A DNA stretch of 64,000 bases from Phoronis australis (taxonomy: Eukaryota > Animalia > Phoronida). Positions 9,489 to 22,545 of the stretch are shown in pieces; the stretch's first letter is position 1; each line of letters opens with the position of its first letter. The position numbers and the translations under genes are program-made. The stretch covers positions 1 through 64,000 of the forward strand of contig NMRA01000875.1 of NCBI GenBank assembly GCA_002633005.1. Direction: 5' to 3'. The notes under the pieces are model-generated. The model had not been told where the DNA came from. It saw only the letters and a list, made by a program, of their open reading frames with translations, and made no database searches.

Positions 9489-10827
9489 ATGCAAATTTGA
9501 TATGCAAATGAGGGAGTACTTGACTACTGCGCCATCTATACATCGACGGAAAAGCTTAAATACCCGTGACTGCGTGTGGGAAGTTGCGATTGAGTGCTCT
9601 GAAGTCGATATTTTTAAAGTACAATTACACCACTGTTTAAGGTTGCAAAGTGAGTTTTTTGATATCCTTCTATAGAAAAAGCTTTAATCTCTCTGATGAA
9701 ATCATCTGTTTCCTTTTAAACGAAACTTAAGTCCTGAAATTAGACCGGGGAAGGAGGCCAAAAACGGCGGTTTAGCTAGTTGTCCCTTCCTGGTTATCTC
9801 TTCCTGATATTAGCGATGTTGGATTTGGAGATGAAGAGTTTGGTGGGGAGGAAGTTGCAGGAGATAGCATCAATATGTACGGCTATGGAGACTATGATGA
9901 CACGTTGTCTACAGGTTTCAGTGGTGTCCACAGAATTCATGATGCAGCTGGTGCACACTCAGCTGTGGACGATAGCAAATTTATTGTTTTTATGAAACCC
10001 TCCTTTCCCTTTCAAATCTCATCAACGTCTTGCAAAGAATGAGTGATGTTCGGATTTCTTCTGTTAAAGGTTCAACACTCTCTTTCTACCTCCTTCTCTG
10101 AAAGGTGTCGCACTTGATCATTTGGTCATTGCATTTACTCTTCTCTGAAAATTAGGAGATTTTTCACTAATTATGGAAAGGAGATATTTATCCCATCTTA
10201 AATTCTTATAATTCACTTAGCTACAAGCTCAGCTCACAACTAGAAAAAACTGGAAATTTATTCAAAAGTTGATGTCACATCTTATTTTGCATCATTAGAC
10301 AAATGATAACCACATGAAAATCTGTGTAAAATGTAATGGCTCCTTATTTCTTCAAGATGTAAAATGACATAGAAGGTTAAATATTGGATATTCTCTATAT
10401 TTACAGGTCTTAAATTATTCTCTGAACTTGAATTTTTGAGTTGTTTTTTCACGTGTTTGTTATTCATGATAAAGTACCTGTACGTCATCATTGATAAGAT
10501 GCATAACCTTGCAGACCACGATGAGCTGGGGTCACTGAAGCTGGACCTAGAGTAGCTGTAGCGACTGACTTCCATTTCCTTCCTCTACCTCCTCTTACAC
10601 TTTCACCTCTCCTTGTTTTCATGGCTCTCCCACATATCCTATGGAATTAAACAGGTCTTTTAAATTTCATATAGTCTCAAAGTTCATCAAAAGCCATGCC
10701 TAACGTTGGGAGTAATTTCCAAACCAAAGCAAATGCTTCAAACAGGACTGGTAATGTGTGAAAAAATTCTTTTTCTGAGAGCATTCCATTAGTGAGTTCT
10801 CAGCCCCAGTCTGTTAGTCTAAGCTCT

Positions 10828-11028
10828 TTTCACGTTTTACCCCATGGATAGGTGGGCGCAGGTTGTCACCGATCTGTTCTAATATTTTGATGCAATGGTA
10901 GACCGAACATTGGATCGAGTTCATCACTTTATTAATCTTGACTGTATGCTCATATTAAGTCCATTCAAACAAAACGTACAACGTAATGTCTGTTCTATGC
11001 TCAGCCAGTGCGACAAAGCCTTGACTTT
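10828..11028 (-). repeat. Diverged fragment of the LTR family at 1192-1828
   Basis: Shared strings such as gcgcaggt, tttattaatct, caaacaaaacgt, taatgtctgttct, cagccagtgc and aagccttgactt. Confidence 0.7.
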
Positions 11029-13199
11029 CAGTACCTCCTACAATTGCTGGTGCAATAACATGCTACTTTTGACAGTTCTTCGTTCTCTAGCCACAGGTGA
11101 AGTGTTAGACAAGGTCTGTGCAATTGAAACTGTGCAATGGCTGATGTTGTAGCCAATGAATAATGTTATGAACTATGAAAGTACCTCGACGTTTTGTTAT
11201 TTTCTCCTGTGGAATGATAATTAGATGCTCCATGGACAGTAGAAATAAAATTATTTTCAATTAATGTTGCTGCAATTTCTGATGTTTTTAGTTGGACAAA
11301 TTTGCTGGAAGTGCAATTCATCATTTCATTTCTCCAAAGGTGTGTAGATTGATTCTGTCTTTTTATTTCTAAACACAGTTATGTTGCTCAAGTGGAATGA
11401 CCTCTTATTTCGTGCATTAAGTAACTTTGTATCCTTCACACATCATTGATGTTTCATTGTAGTCAGATGTAAAAGTGGAGGTCAGGTCAATAAAACAGAA
11501 GTTGATTGCAAACCACAGATTTGTGCAAATCCCTAAATTGCTAAGAGCTTGTAGTTATAGTCAGTGAAAATGTGTAACATACTTTGAAAAAAAGCAAAAT
11601 TATTTGGATCATGATGATGCTCGATAAAATAAAACTTTTTGAATGTTGTTGTGACTGAATGTTCATTATGATGCTTATTGCAAACTATTACTGGGTGAAC
11701 AATTAGGTCAATAGATTTACCACCAGTCCTTGGAACATATGTGTCTGTGACTTAACATCATCACATCTTTCCATGTAATGACAATGTAAATTATCAGATG
11801 ACTGGAGTTAACAGCTTTTGAGATATTAGGAGATAAACTGTGTTTTAGGTTCAAAAAGATACCAAAATTTTGCATTAGAAAGTTAATCTTCCCAATTTTA
11901 AAGTTTTATTTAAAAATTCGCTGTGAAGCCCCTTGTAATTGGTTAGAATTACTGTAAATAACAGTGTGATTACTAAGACATAATTTTAATATATTTACTA
12001 AGCTGGTCAAGTCATTGCACTTGGCCATTTCAACCCTAAAATGCATTGACTACATGTACTTTGGGCCAACTGCGTGCATTTGGCCCCAGAATTCAAGAAA
12101 CCCCTGGGCCAGAATTTTTGGGAGATTTTTTGATCGGTAAACAAGAAAGTTTAATGAAGGTTTTCAGAGAAATTCAGATTACATTTTCTTCCACCACTAA
12201 CAGCTGAGGAGTTAGCTAACTGCACTTGCACTACTCGGCCACTCACTAAACGGTGAATACGCCAGTGGCGGATCTAGGATACCACAAGGGGGGCCCAACA
12301 TGACACCTCGGAGAAATGGGCAAAGCTCGATTGTACGCACAGGAGGCTCGAATGTTGTGGGGGTTGGCGATACGGACCTGGTGTTCCGGAATTCTACCGT
12401 TGGACTCGATATTTTCTCACGCTTCATGCTGTTGCTGTGTAATGTTTGCTTGCATCAGTCATGGGGGGCACCTTGGCCTGTTAGCAATCATCACGTAGTA
12501 ACAATTAACAATCACCCGAAATACATTTTAGTTATAAATCACGATAAGTCTATAAGTCACGATGCATTGAAATGTTTTTAGCAAAATGTTATTGTTCATG
12601 TTTACTATAGATTATACACAACATAGTCTACGATGTTGACCGTACGCCGATCGGTGAGCCAGACTATTTTCATTCACTAAACGATAAGACATGAATAGAA
12701 CGTTTTTCCGTTTGAAATGCACATAAATGAAATCCTGGGCAAAAAGTATATTAGACCATACTTCGGAGAGCATAGAAACCAAATAAATCGATAACTTACT
12801 TCAGAAATGGGACTTCTTTGAGTCAATCGAGGTGTCGATGTGCTTTCGAAACCAGCCATCACTGTTTTGTTTCGGCGACCTTTCACTTCTCTGAGGTCAT
12901 CAGGCCATATCCAAAGAAGGCACCGCAATGCATTCTGGGACTGTAATGTCGGACTTGACGAGTACGAAGTCGTGTCTTTTTGGTCAACTTTCAAACGTAA
13001 AGAAAAATACTCCAAACTCATCTAAAACTTACTATACTTACGAAACCTACAAAAAAAACTTGTACGCCACGATATGTATAGGTTTCATGCAAGATGAGTA
13101 ACATTTACTTTATTATTTTATACTATTTTTCACGTTCCAAGCCACTTTAAGCAGTCATAATACATCTTATAAACTTTTTTAACAGCACAGCCCAGTCAG

Positions 13200-13779
13200 T
13201 GTAGATACCATCTTATTGGAGATAGAGCAATTATCGAACAAAAGAGAGCTGGTCCTCCAACCATAAATGCCAGAATGGAGTTAATCAGTCGTGTAAGATA
13301 TTGGCTCCTGGGGTAAAATTCCCAATTTGTTGTTGGGCTATAGAATCGAACAAGTTGGGAACAACGGGAAAACGCCGTAATGTATGTCTGCAGCATTTCT
13401 CCTGCAAGTGAGTCGAGTTCATGCCGCCTCGAACCCCCAAATCGAATTTACTGTCTGATTCTTCAAGTACTTGAGTTGAGTGTGATGCCCGTATCTACTC
13501 TCCTCACTTTCTGCATAATAATTGTCCAGTCCTCGCTCAAAATTGTGCTCGTCTTCTGATCTGCTGTGTTTCGCCATTGCAATTGTTTGTCAACTGACCA
13601 AACGTCTTTATCCCATTACATCATTTGGCGGGAAACTTGGAAATCACTAATGTTTCTTCAAAATTAAAGAAATCGCGTCTATTTGGCATACAATTCTTAT
13701 TTAATTGGATTTCACGGTATTCATTTCATATTAGCTAACTGAAACCTTGAAAACTAAGAAAATCCATGGTGGGAACTCA
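13200..13779. mobile_element. Truncated Kolobok-like element (right end)
   Basis: 13420-13779 matches 34085-34472 and ends TGGTGGGAACTCA|TTAA. 13240-13385 matches ~52606-52745 in reverse. Confidence 0.65.
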
Positions 13780-14980
13780 TTAAACCAGGCTTAAACCCCC
13801 TTCATGCAATCGCCTGCTATTTTTCGCATGGTCAGCATCCTGGAAAACTTACGGTTGTTATGAACGTTGTTTACATGTCTGTCGACATTTACATGTGTTT
13901 GTCTTCAGTTGAGGAAGAGTGTTTTTAAAAGGTGCATTTCGCCCTGGTTAAATTGCAGGTTAAACAACAAACATTGAATTAGGTCTTTTACTATGATGAA
14001 GTTGTATTTCCGTTACCAACAAGCACATTAAAACCATCAGCGAATCTAGGACGCACTTCAGAGTTTAATGAGTTTGACCAACCCCAAAACTGCGGATTCT
14101 AAAATGGCAGATGAACGCACTTGTAACATGAGTTGCCTTAAAAGTGAGAGGCTGAAATTCCAGGTCAAGTGCAGCACACAATGAGCGCTAGTTTTAACAA
14201 ATTAACTGCAGGACATGGTGAAAAGCGATTCATTCAGCATGGCTTCCAGATACAGATTTGTATTTGACAGTGGCGGATTTAGAGGGGTGCCAAGGGGACC
14301 ATACCCTTCTAAAATTGTCCCGGATAACATTTGGTAGTTCGGCACTGCGAATGTCTGCCCTGCCGCCCCAACTCAAAATCTTCGATCCGTCCTTGTTTGA
14401 AGTGCCATGTTACCACCTGAGTTACCCTCACTGGCTACGTGAAGACACTAACTTTTCTATCACAGAATTATTTATGTAAATTGTTATGGTATCACAAAAC
14501 ATGTCTAGACTAGACGTCAAGTGAGTCAATGTACTTTTGTTCACCCTATTTTTCAGCGTTTGCGAGTAGAAAGGTGAGGGGCGTGTGGCGTATGGATTTC
14601 AAGGAAAGACCCGCGGGAACTGAACCGTACATTGTACATTGCCTTCTTTGTGAAATACAATCCGCAACCACTGGCACCAACGGTTGTATGGTAGCGTAGA
14701 ATTCGCCCACTAGTTGATGCGGTGACCGAGAACAGGTGATGAATTTGACGTCATCTGGTGTTAGGAGTAATCCCAGTTTCGACCAACATTTATCCCAAGT
14801 GATTTATACAGTTTTTTTGAACACTTAAAGTTTCTTCCAGGCCTACTTAAACACGTGCTACGGCAGTGTTCATATTGAAAATGGCCTATGCCTGCAGCAT
14901 GAAGTCAGATATCTTAATTGACCTATCGCAAGCTCCGCCCCCTTGAGAAAAATCATCAAGCAAACGATAAGTTTTACCTG

Positions 14981-15132
14981 CCTCCCGTTCAGTAACGCTA
15001 GGACCTCGCCAAAGCAAGACTTCGCAAGATTACATGAGTTATTGCCGTGTATTTTAAATGAGAACACGTGACTTTGACTAGATTTTAGCTAGGCCCTAGC
15101 GTAGGTCATAGCGTCTACTGAACGCATGCCTG
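14981..15132. repeat. Short MITE-like repeat (copy 2)
   Basis: Inverted ends GTTCAGTAACGCTAGGACCT...AGGTCATAGCGTCTACTGAAC; homologous to 1008-1141. Confidence 0.7.
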
Positions 15133-15734
15133 ACAATGTGTTTGTCGGGTAAAATGGCGGCTTAGAAACGAAGCTGTGTCAAGAATGCTGCGTTCTGATT
15201 GGACAGCTATGCTGTCACTCAAAATCCTTGTGATAGGTCCATTGGTTGAGAGCACACAAACAACACTGGCAGATCTACGTTTTCAATAAGAGGGGGGGGG
15301 GGTGGTGTAAGATTCGCGCGAATCCAAGGCGCGTAGGGTCGTGCGGAATGAAGGTCAGGAGGAGGTTTACCCCTTTCGTGTAAGATTGTTTTAGTAGCTG
15401 ATTTGGTTTCCTAGCGACATTTTTTCAATTTTTATTGTTGGCCCTGTCCCGAGGGTGAGTTTGAACCCCATGAACCCTCGCCTGTAGATCAGCCTCTGTA
15501 CAACTAATTCATTCTCCTTTCTACGTACATGATAAGTAAGTGCGCATTTTTGATTTTTGTACGAATGGTCTAACAAGAAGAGAAATTAATGTCCATAATT
15601 CCGAAAAGCCTGAAAGTGGCTGATAAAGTTGATCACATGTCTTAAGTCAATTGCACGATGCCACATTGATTAACATTTTACGTAAATGTACTCTTGCCTG
15701 CCAACATTTCATTGTCATGTGAATTCACACAAAC

Positions 15735-16594
15735 TTAAGGTGTTCTTTTCAGATTGAAAATTTCTATATCTTCCTGATACAGATGAGCGATTCTCTCTAT
15801 GATGCTGCTTTCAATTTGTTTGTAGTACTTCGACAACTTGTTGTCACCACGCCTTTTCCTGTTTTTTTCTTCATGTGCCGTTAACTTTTCCGGAAATCGT
15901 CCCACGATATGCGTAATATTGGCACGGCTCAAAATGTAATTAGAATCTTCTGCAAACGTGTCGTACTTCCCAATGACGTCAAATGTAATAGCACATGGGT
16001 TGCAAAGTTTATAAAATTGCACCCAATGTTCATTTTCCGGGTATTTAGGAGGACGTTTCAAACTCTTCGGGTCATTGATTATGAAGTCAAGGAAACCCTT
16101 GAAATTTGGTTGATTCGCATGCGAGTAATGTCGTATGCTAGCAATTCCGGCGCTGTTTCGAAAACCCGGATCACCGGCACTGTTGTTTTCGTATTTGTCA
16201 CGAAAACACGACAAAAGACGATCCCAATGATCTCTCACTACGACAAATTTTAGGTAATTTTCCAATCTGTACTTAATAGCTTCGTGATCACCATAGAACT
16301 GAGCTAGAGTTTTCAGGCCCTGTCCATGGACGCTTCCACGTGACATACTCAAAACTTTAGATTTGTTTACTCCTCGAAGAATAAGAAAGGCACGTTTCCA
16401 ATTTGTACACGCCACTTTTGGGATGTTACACCAGATAATTTTGTGCTCATCGTCGACCACCAGGTGTCCCAACTGACTGTGATCGATGGTGCGATTCGCC
16501 AGATGTGGGAATCGGCTGCATTGTTTCCTCACCTCCTGTTGTCTGAGTAAGTTTCTGTCGGCCGCCTTTACGGGAAACCATCGTAAGCTTCCTG
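15735..16594 (-). CDS. Carbohydrate sulfotransferase (Sulfotransfer_2, CHST8-14/HNK-1ST-like), catalytic terminal exon
   Basis: 5'-PSB IPKVACTNWKR, 3'-PB VRDHWDRLLSCFRDK, HW, CNPC, IGKYDT. No N-terminal TM anchor is present. A NAGNAG acceptor (ttttggtatCAGCAG) at ~16592-16597 suggests upstream exons. Confidence 0.9.
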
Positions 16595-17013
16595 CTGATA
16601 CCAAAATAAACATTTCTGAATACGAAGACGAGATACTGGCGTGGTCACGAGTGCCTGCATAAGCACACGGGTACGGGCTCGTGCTCACAGGCACACTGGT
16701 AGTGTTCACAACAAGAACGAGATGAACTCGGAGTCAAACACAGGTGCAATGGCATGTCCTGTGAACATCTTTAAATATTTCACAATGATGAAGCCGCCCG
16801 AAGGGTTCTCAAACGACTACCTTTCAGCCCGTTAACGTGTGTTTATTCAACACGCACTATTGTTAGACTTGCTTGAATGGCCAATAGATATGAGAAGTCA
16901 CAGGGTTCTTAACCGAATGCTTTTCTGTGCGTTAAAAATGCCAAAACTGGAAATGATAGTAAAAAAACAGCCTAAATCGTAGCACATTTGATTTAGGCCA
17001 GAACAGAAGCACC

Positions 17014-17463
17014 AACTTTAAAATTAGCGCGTAAGTAAATAACGACATATCTATCCGACGTTTCGGTTTATTACTCTAAACCATTGTCAAGGAAACAGTT
17101 CACAGACTCAAAACAGGCGGCACAGGTAGAGAAGAGACTGTACAGGTACATGTCAAAATGCAGTGTGAGGGGGATAGACCAGAAATCAAAAGAAATGGAG
17201 CTTAAATGAACCAATGTTTCTATTGAGGTAACGCTCAGCATGATTCAACTGTATATGCATAGCCTCCTTTATGAGGAACCTGAGGGTGGCATTATCCTTG
17301 TCTAGGATCTGGACACCCCTCACAATGCATTTTGACGTGTACCTGTACAGTCTCTTCTCTACCTGTGTCGCCTGTTATGAATTTGTGAACTGTTTCCTTG
17401 ACAATGGTTTAGAGTAATAATATAATATAATATGTCGTTATATTATGCGCTAATTTTAAAGTT
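17014..17463 (-). mobile_element. Penelope-like element remnant with inverted pseudo-LTRs
   Basis: Arms of ~150 bp (17014-17172 and 17317-17463) are reverse complements. The spacer reads VQILDKDNATLRFLIKEAMHIQLNHAERYLNRNIG on the minus strand, like a Penelope GIY-YIG C-terminus. Confidence 0.7.
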
Positions 17464-17731
17464 CGTAAATAGTAGTATTCAAAGTGGTTTTTCGCCACTC
17501 AAACAAAAGCTAACCTTCTCACCAGGTAAATATTTTGAATTTCTGTTGATGTCCAAGCATTTTCCTTCAACTTCAAGTTTCAAAAAAGACCTGTCATCTA
17601 CTAGTCACTTTGCCAACTTTTATCCCGCAAGGCAAACATGTGTCCTTATTTTGAGATGTGAACTTTCACCTTTGATCTAAAATCAAACGTGATTATGCGC
17701 CTGAGTAACTCTTTGAGCGTATGTGCATGTA

Positions 17732-19282
17732 TCAGGTGTCCCGAAAAAGTGAGCCACTCTTTGACAAATAATTTCTCAGCAATTGGCCAACCTAATTCGT
17801 TCAAATTTCTTACATTAGTGTATCTTCAGAGTTTCATCAACAGGTCTTCAAAGTGTCTCAGAGAAATAAAAAATATGGAAGTACTATGAAATTCAAACAG
17901 CGGGGTGAAAAATGCAACATCATTTTGACTTTCGTTGTGTTCATGCTGTGCTGCCATCTGTCAGTGAATAATAATTGCCTGCCTGGGTCACAAGTCTACT
18001 GTTCTACTATTTCTGAATTGCCAGATATGTATCCAAATCAGTTTTGTCCAACATTTCGGTTTGTAAGGATGACTTTGAGCGAAATAATGATAAATTTACA
18101 ATTGAAACCAGTTTCAAGGAGAAAGGGTTGAGCGGAAAAAGAATCTTGAAGGAGTTTTCCTTAAAATGGTGGAGTCGTGTGACTGTAACACGCAACACAG
18201 GGCCTGTTGCGCGTATAAGTGGCAGTGGGAGACCCGAGACTGCACGAGGTTCATGTTGAAGAAGTGATTAAATCCCAGGAGGGCAACACGGGGAATCACA
18301 AACCTCTGAGAGATGTCGAAAGGGATTTACAAATGAGCATTTCTTCTGTGCAAAGAATGTCGAAATAAACTGAAGTTATAATTCTTCAATAGAATGTGAG
18401 TACCACGGAGAGATCAAAATGTTAAAAAGAAAAGAAAAACTCGATACCGCTACTTTCATGACCGCTATTCAGCCACTGATGTGAAAAATCTATTCACTGA
18501 CTTGAAGCTAGAAATCATTAAATCGCCAAAACGATCTTGTTTATGGGAGACAAAAACGAGAAATTCAGGGTTCTCGACTCTATCATGAGACTTCCAGACT
18601 TTCCGAAAACGTAATGGTTTCCGCTGGAGTATCTTGGGAAGGAAAAACATATATTCATTTTATTGACACTGGTAGAGCCAAAGTTAACAGTCAATGCTAC
18701 ATGCAGTTGTTGGATGAAATTCTGCTCCCGGATTACAGGCGGCTTTATACTGGAAACAATTACGTGCTTCAGCAAGGTGGAGCTTCTTTACTCGCGAGCA
18801 AATTAACCCGGGCTCATCTGGAGGAGTCCACACACTGAAATTCATCAAAAAGGATGACTGGCCTCCGCTGAGTCCTGACTGCAATCCGATGGACTATGCC
18901 ATATGGAACTCTCTGAAGGAGAGTGCTTACGGGGGATGGAGAGGCAAATTGCCTGAGCAGGAGTTAAAAGATAGGATAATTATGTCATGGAGGAAATCTG
19001 AATGGGAGAAATACGGAAAAGCATTTCTGGTTGGAAGGAACGGCTCCGTGGTGGAGGAATATGGAGGCCACATTGAGCATAGACTGAAATAAGAGAGCTT
19101 CCGTTTGAAATTTTATTTGTAGACCTGGTGTTTTTAATTTGACAGTACTCGCACAATTAGACACAGGTCTGTGTGTATTTATTGACGATACCCTATGTTC
19201 ATCTGTAAGAAATTTGAAAAAAATCGGTTCTGTTGCTGATAAATTACTGGTCGAAAAGTGGCTCACTTTTTGGGACACCTGA
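17732..19282 (+). mobile_element. Tc1/mariner (DD37D/maT-like) transposon with a decayed transposase
   Basis: TIRs TCAGGTGTCCCGAAAAAGTGAGCCACT / AGTGGCTCACTTTTTGGGACACCTGA with TA TSD. Fragments MVSAGVSWEGK, KVNSQCY, QQGGA and WPPLSPDCNPMDYAIW carry frameshifts. Confidence 0.9.
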
Positions 19283-21869
19283 TATACATGTATATTGTTA
19301 GGGAGGAGACTTAGAAACTGTATTGATATGAAAGTTTATATTTCGTATGTTTTCCAAAAAAGACGATTTTCTTTAGAAGTTCTTGCAATATTCATAGAGA
19401 ATAACTCTCACTTTAGCACCTCATAGAAGCAGTTTCGCCACGGTCTGCATGTTTAAGGGGTATTTTTAGGAGTTTTCGCCTTCCGGGCCTCTTTAATCAG
19501 CGCCTGCAGTTGTTTATTCGGCGTGTGGGTCGAAGCATTATGCATTGTACTGATGATCAGTGCGCGATATTTACTTAAGAGCACTAAATTACGCCCAATT
19601 AAAGACTACAGGCGGCTCAGGAAGACTCCTCCAATTCCCAGTAAAAGTAATTGGTCCGCGATGAATAACCAATTGTGAAACTTGGAACTTGACTTAGGTA
19701 CTATAGTTATTATAATAGTCATTCGAACTTTAACCCTTGCGTTTTAGTCCCAGATGTCCGTTTTTCTTATACTGGAGTTCTGCTGTTCAATCCAGTTTTT
19801 TCCTTCTTGAGTGTTGGGCGAGACAACATTGCAACAGGTGTTCAAAATACATTGGCCCTTTTTTGAATATTGTTATTTAATGGTATTCCAGGGCTAGAGT
19901 TCTAGGATAATAGTGATCGCGTGCGTTTAAACACAGGAAGGGACCTTGTTGGGTCTGGAGTGATTTCAGAACAAATTTCAAGGAATAATGTGTAGCTCAA
20001 CCCAGCGCACTCCGAATACTTTTTCATTAGCATCACGTGACATCACCCATGACATAGGTTTTAGGTGCCATTTTAAATAATGTAATCTTGTGTGGCCCTT
20101 TTAGGGTATCACCAATACTTTGAAACTTTAAATGCTGCAATACTATGCACTCAAGTTTGTGTCTCATGATTAAAATGCTACTTAAGAACAACCTCTGGAA
20201 CGTGTGGGAATTACGACACTTGAACTATCAACGAAACGGGCAACTCTTCTATGGAATTCCATTAACCTGTAAATCACTTTTTCCCCTTTTCATGTGACAA
20301 TTTTTCATTTAAAGCTTTGACTTATAACTTTCCAGTCAGATTAACATCCAAACTCAGGAACCCACTACCAAACATTGGAAAGTGTAAGATTTTATTAATT
20401 TCAAATATTTTAATTCCACGTGGTCTGAGCTTCCATGCAATGCATTACGTGCAAATATGATTTTTAACTTCTTTCTTAATTTCTTAAATTTTCGTACTAG
20501 TCTCCTTAACATTATTATTTTTTATTTTTTACTAAAATGCTGTTGTTTTAATATGTAATTAATAATCTTTCATTGAAGTGTATTCAATACGTGTGCCGAT
20601 TACAAGTACGCGAACTCGTTACAAGTACGTGTTGAATAAGCAGCTGCCCGCGTTAAATTAATATACTGTATGTCAAACTACATATACACGTGTTTTATGA
20701 GGATAAAAGTTATTGAGCTTGCTGTGATAAGTAATTACTTTCGCGAGGCCGAAGGCCGAGCGAAAATACTTACATGTGCTTGGCACTGCAACAGTGGCTA
20801 ATGACATTCACTCATTTAACACGCGTGTAGTTTAAAGCCCTTGCAATCTGGTTCAAAAACTTTAAAACGTATGCCGAAGTATTCTCACATGAACTGGAAT
20901 GTGTTACGACACAACTGGCTGATGATACCAAGTACGTAAGTTTTTGATATTACGTGGGCGAATCACAAAGTAGTGCAAAGTAGAAATCAATACGCCTTAC
21001 ATACATGTATATCGTCTGCCAAGCACTACATGAAATATCAGCAACCAAACGATGCCGGAATCCCGTGAAGGTGACGATATAACACCCAAAGCAACAGCAT
21101 CATGTACATACTCCTAGTTGGAAAGACGTGCAAACAACTTCCTAAACGGACCTATCTTCGGCGGCGAATTCCATATCATTCAAACGGAGACGAACTCCAA
21201 CTCGAGAAACCACGCGGTGAGACTGATTAGCTGTGCTCTATCAAGGCCGGTCAATTCAGTGCTCACGCGCGGGGAAGCACTGCTGACTGCGTTATTAAAT
21301 TTTATAAACATTTGGTAAGCTTTAGTGTAACAACTTCCGAGAGTATTTATTAGATTCTAACTTGAACGTTTGTTAGGAAAGCCAAATATAATTTACAATT
21401 AGTTTAAAATAAAATTTTTTACAAATAGCAATTGGGTTCAATTCATATTGCGCAATCGTGTTTTTACAAAAATTGCGTCAGGTGGTTGAAAGTTTTAGAC
21501 ACGCCGAGTTATTACGGTTCGTGTGAGGAACAAATCCTACAGTCTCATCAGGTTAATGACTTGGATAATAAAACATCTTGGACATTTCGTCAAAATCACT
21601 CGGCAAGCCTCGGGATTTTGTCGAAATTTCCAAGATGTTCAATTATCCATGTCATAAACCTGAGACTCGTGTAGGATTTTCTATACATCTAACATGTCAT
21701 GATGTTAATCTCCTTTCTGTTATAAAACCAAAAGCTTTTTTGAGCACCGGTTTGTATCTCGGCCGAGATAAGAAAATCATCGACTATTCCCGTCTATGTC
21801 CGTGAGCCGAGTTCCTGTGCATCGGGTCAGGAACGATTCCTTCATGACGCTCATGGAAATTATGCGTTT

Positions 21870-22545
21870 TATTTTTCATAGCGTATAAATGTCGGTACAA
21901 TAGCCTTTGTTGAACATGCGATTGTTGCGCGTGCTCATTTAAGTATTATATTTTCACGTTCGATGACGTCAGCCGCTGAGTGGTGTAGTTGTAAAGTCGA
22001 CGACTCGAAACTCTTGATGACCGGGTTCAGAGGACGTAACCTTTTAAGAAACGTCGAGTTATTCGTGTTAAAATAATGTTTTTACTCAAAACCAATTGAA
22101 AATTCAGCAAAATAAAAATAAAGTGTATTTATAAAATACGTTTTAAGCAATTATTTTAGCTTACTACACATCTTAATATGCTAAGCTTCCACCGTGCAAA
22201 TATCGTCTGCCAAGGTAGGTTACCAGTGGTTACTGAGTATACTGTCCAAGTCAAACGATCCCGACGACACATTACCCGCATTCAAACAGGAGATCGTTGA
22301 TTTGCAGGTGAGAGAAAATGACAGATGAATTTTACTGAATTAAAGATCTCGTATTTATTGAAATTGTGTGTCTTATTTTCATAGCGTATGAATGTCGGTA
22401 CAGTGCCATTTTTTGAACATGCGATTATTGTGTTATCTCATTTAAGTATTCTATTTTCACGTTACGTGACGTCAGCCGTTGAGGGGCGCAGCCATTAAGT
22501 CGACGACTCGAAACTCTTGTGAACCAGGTTCGACTTCGGCCTCGG
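21870..22545 (+). repeat. Direct repeat pair, each ending in a tRNA-like/SINE-head sequence
   Basis: 21870-22030 resembles 22375-22545. The copies carry A-box-like TGGTGTAGTTG and B-box-like GGTTCGACTTC motifs. Confidence 0.5.

Noticed and set aside
9489-9512. Two ATGCAAAT octamer motifs
   Set aside because: They sit next to the gap, in what looks like repeat sequence, with no linked gene.
8713-9543. Long ORFs in the track that span poly-X
   Set aside because: Artefacts of the N gap.
2000-9556. AAAAGCT on both sides of the Gypsy element as a possible TSD
   Set aside because: The right copy (9550-9556) is not preceded by a CA LTR end, and the true end is probably inside the gap.
9780-11500. 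Exon-like, purine-rich stretches on the minus strand
   Set aside because: No recognisable protein motif and several stops; cannot be assigned.
21970-22545. Functional tRNA-Arg(TCG) genes
   Set aside because: The stems do not pair into a cloverleaf; treated as SINE-like remnants.
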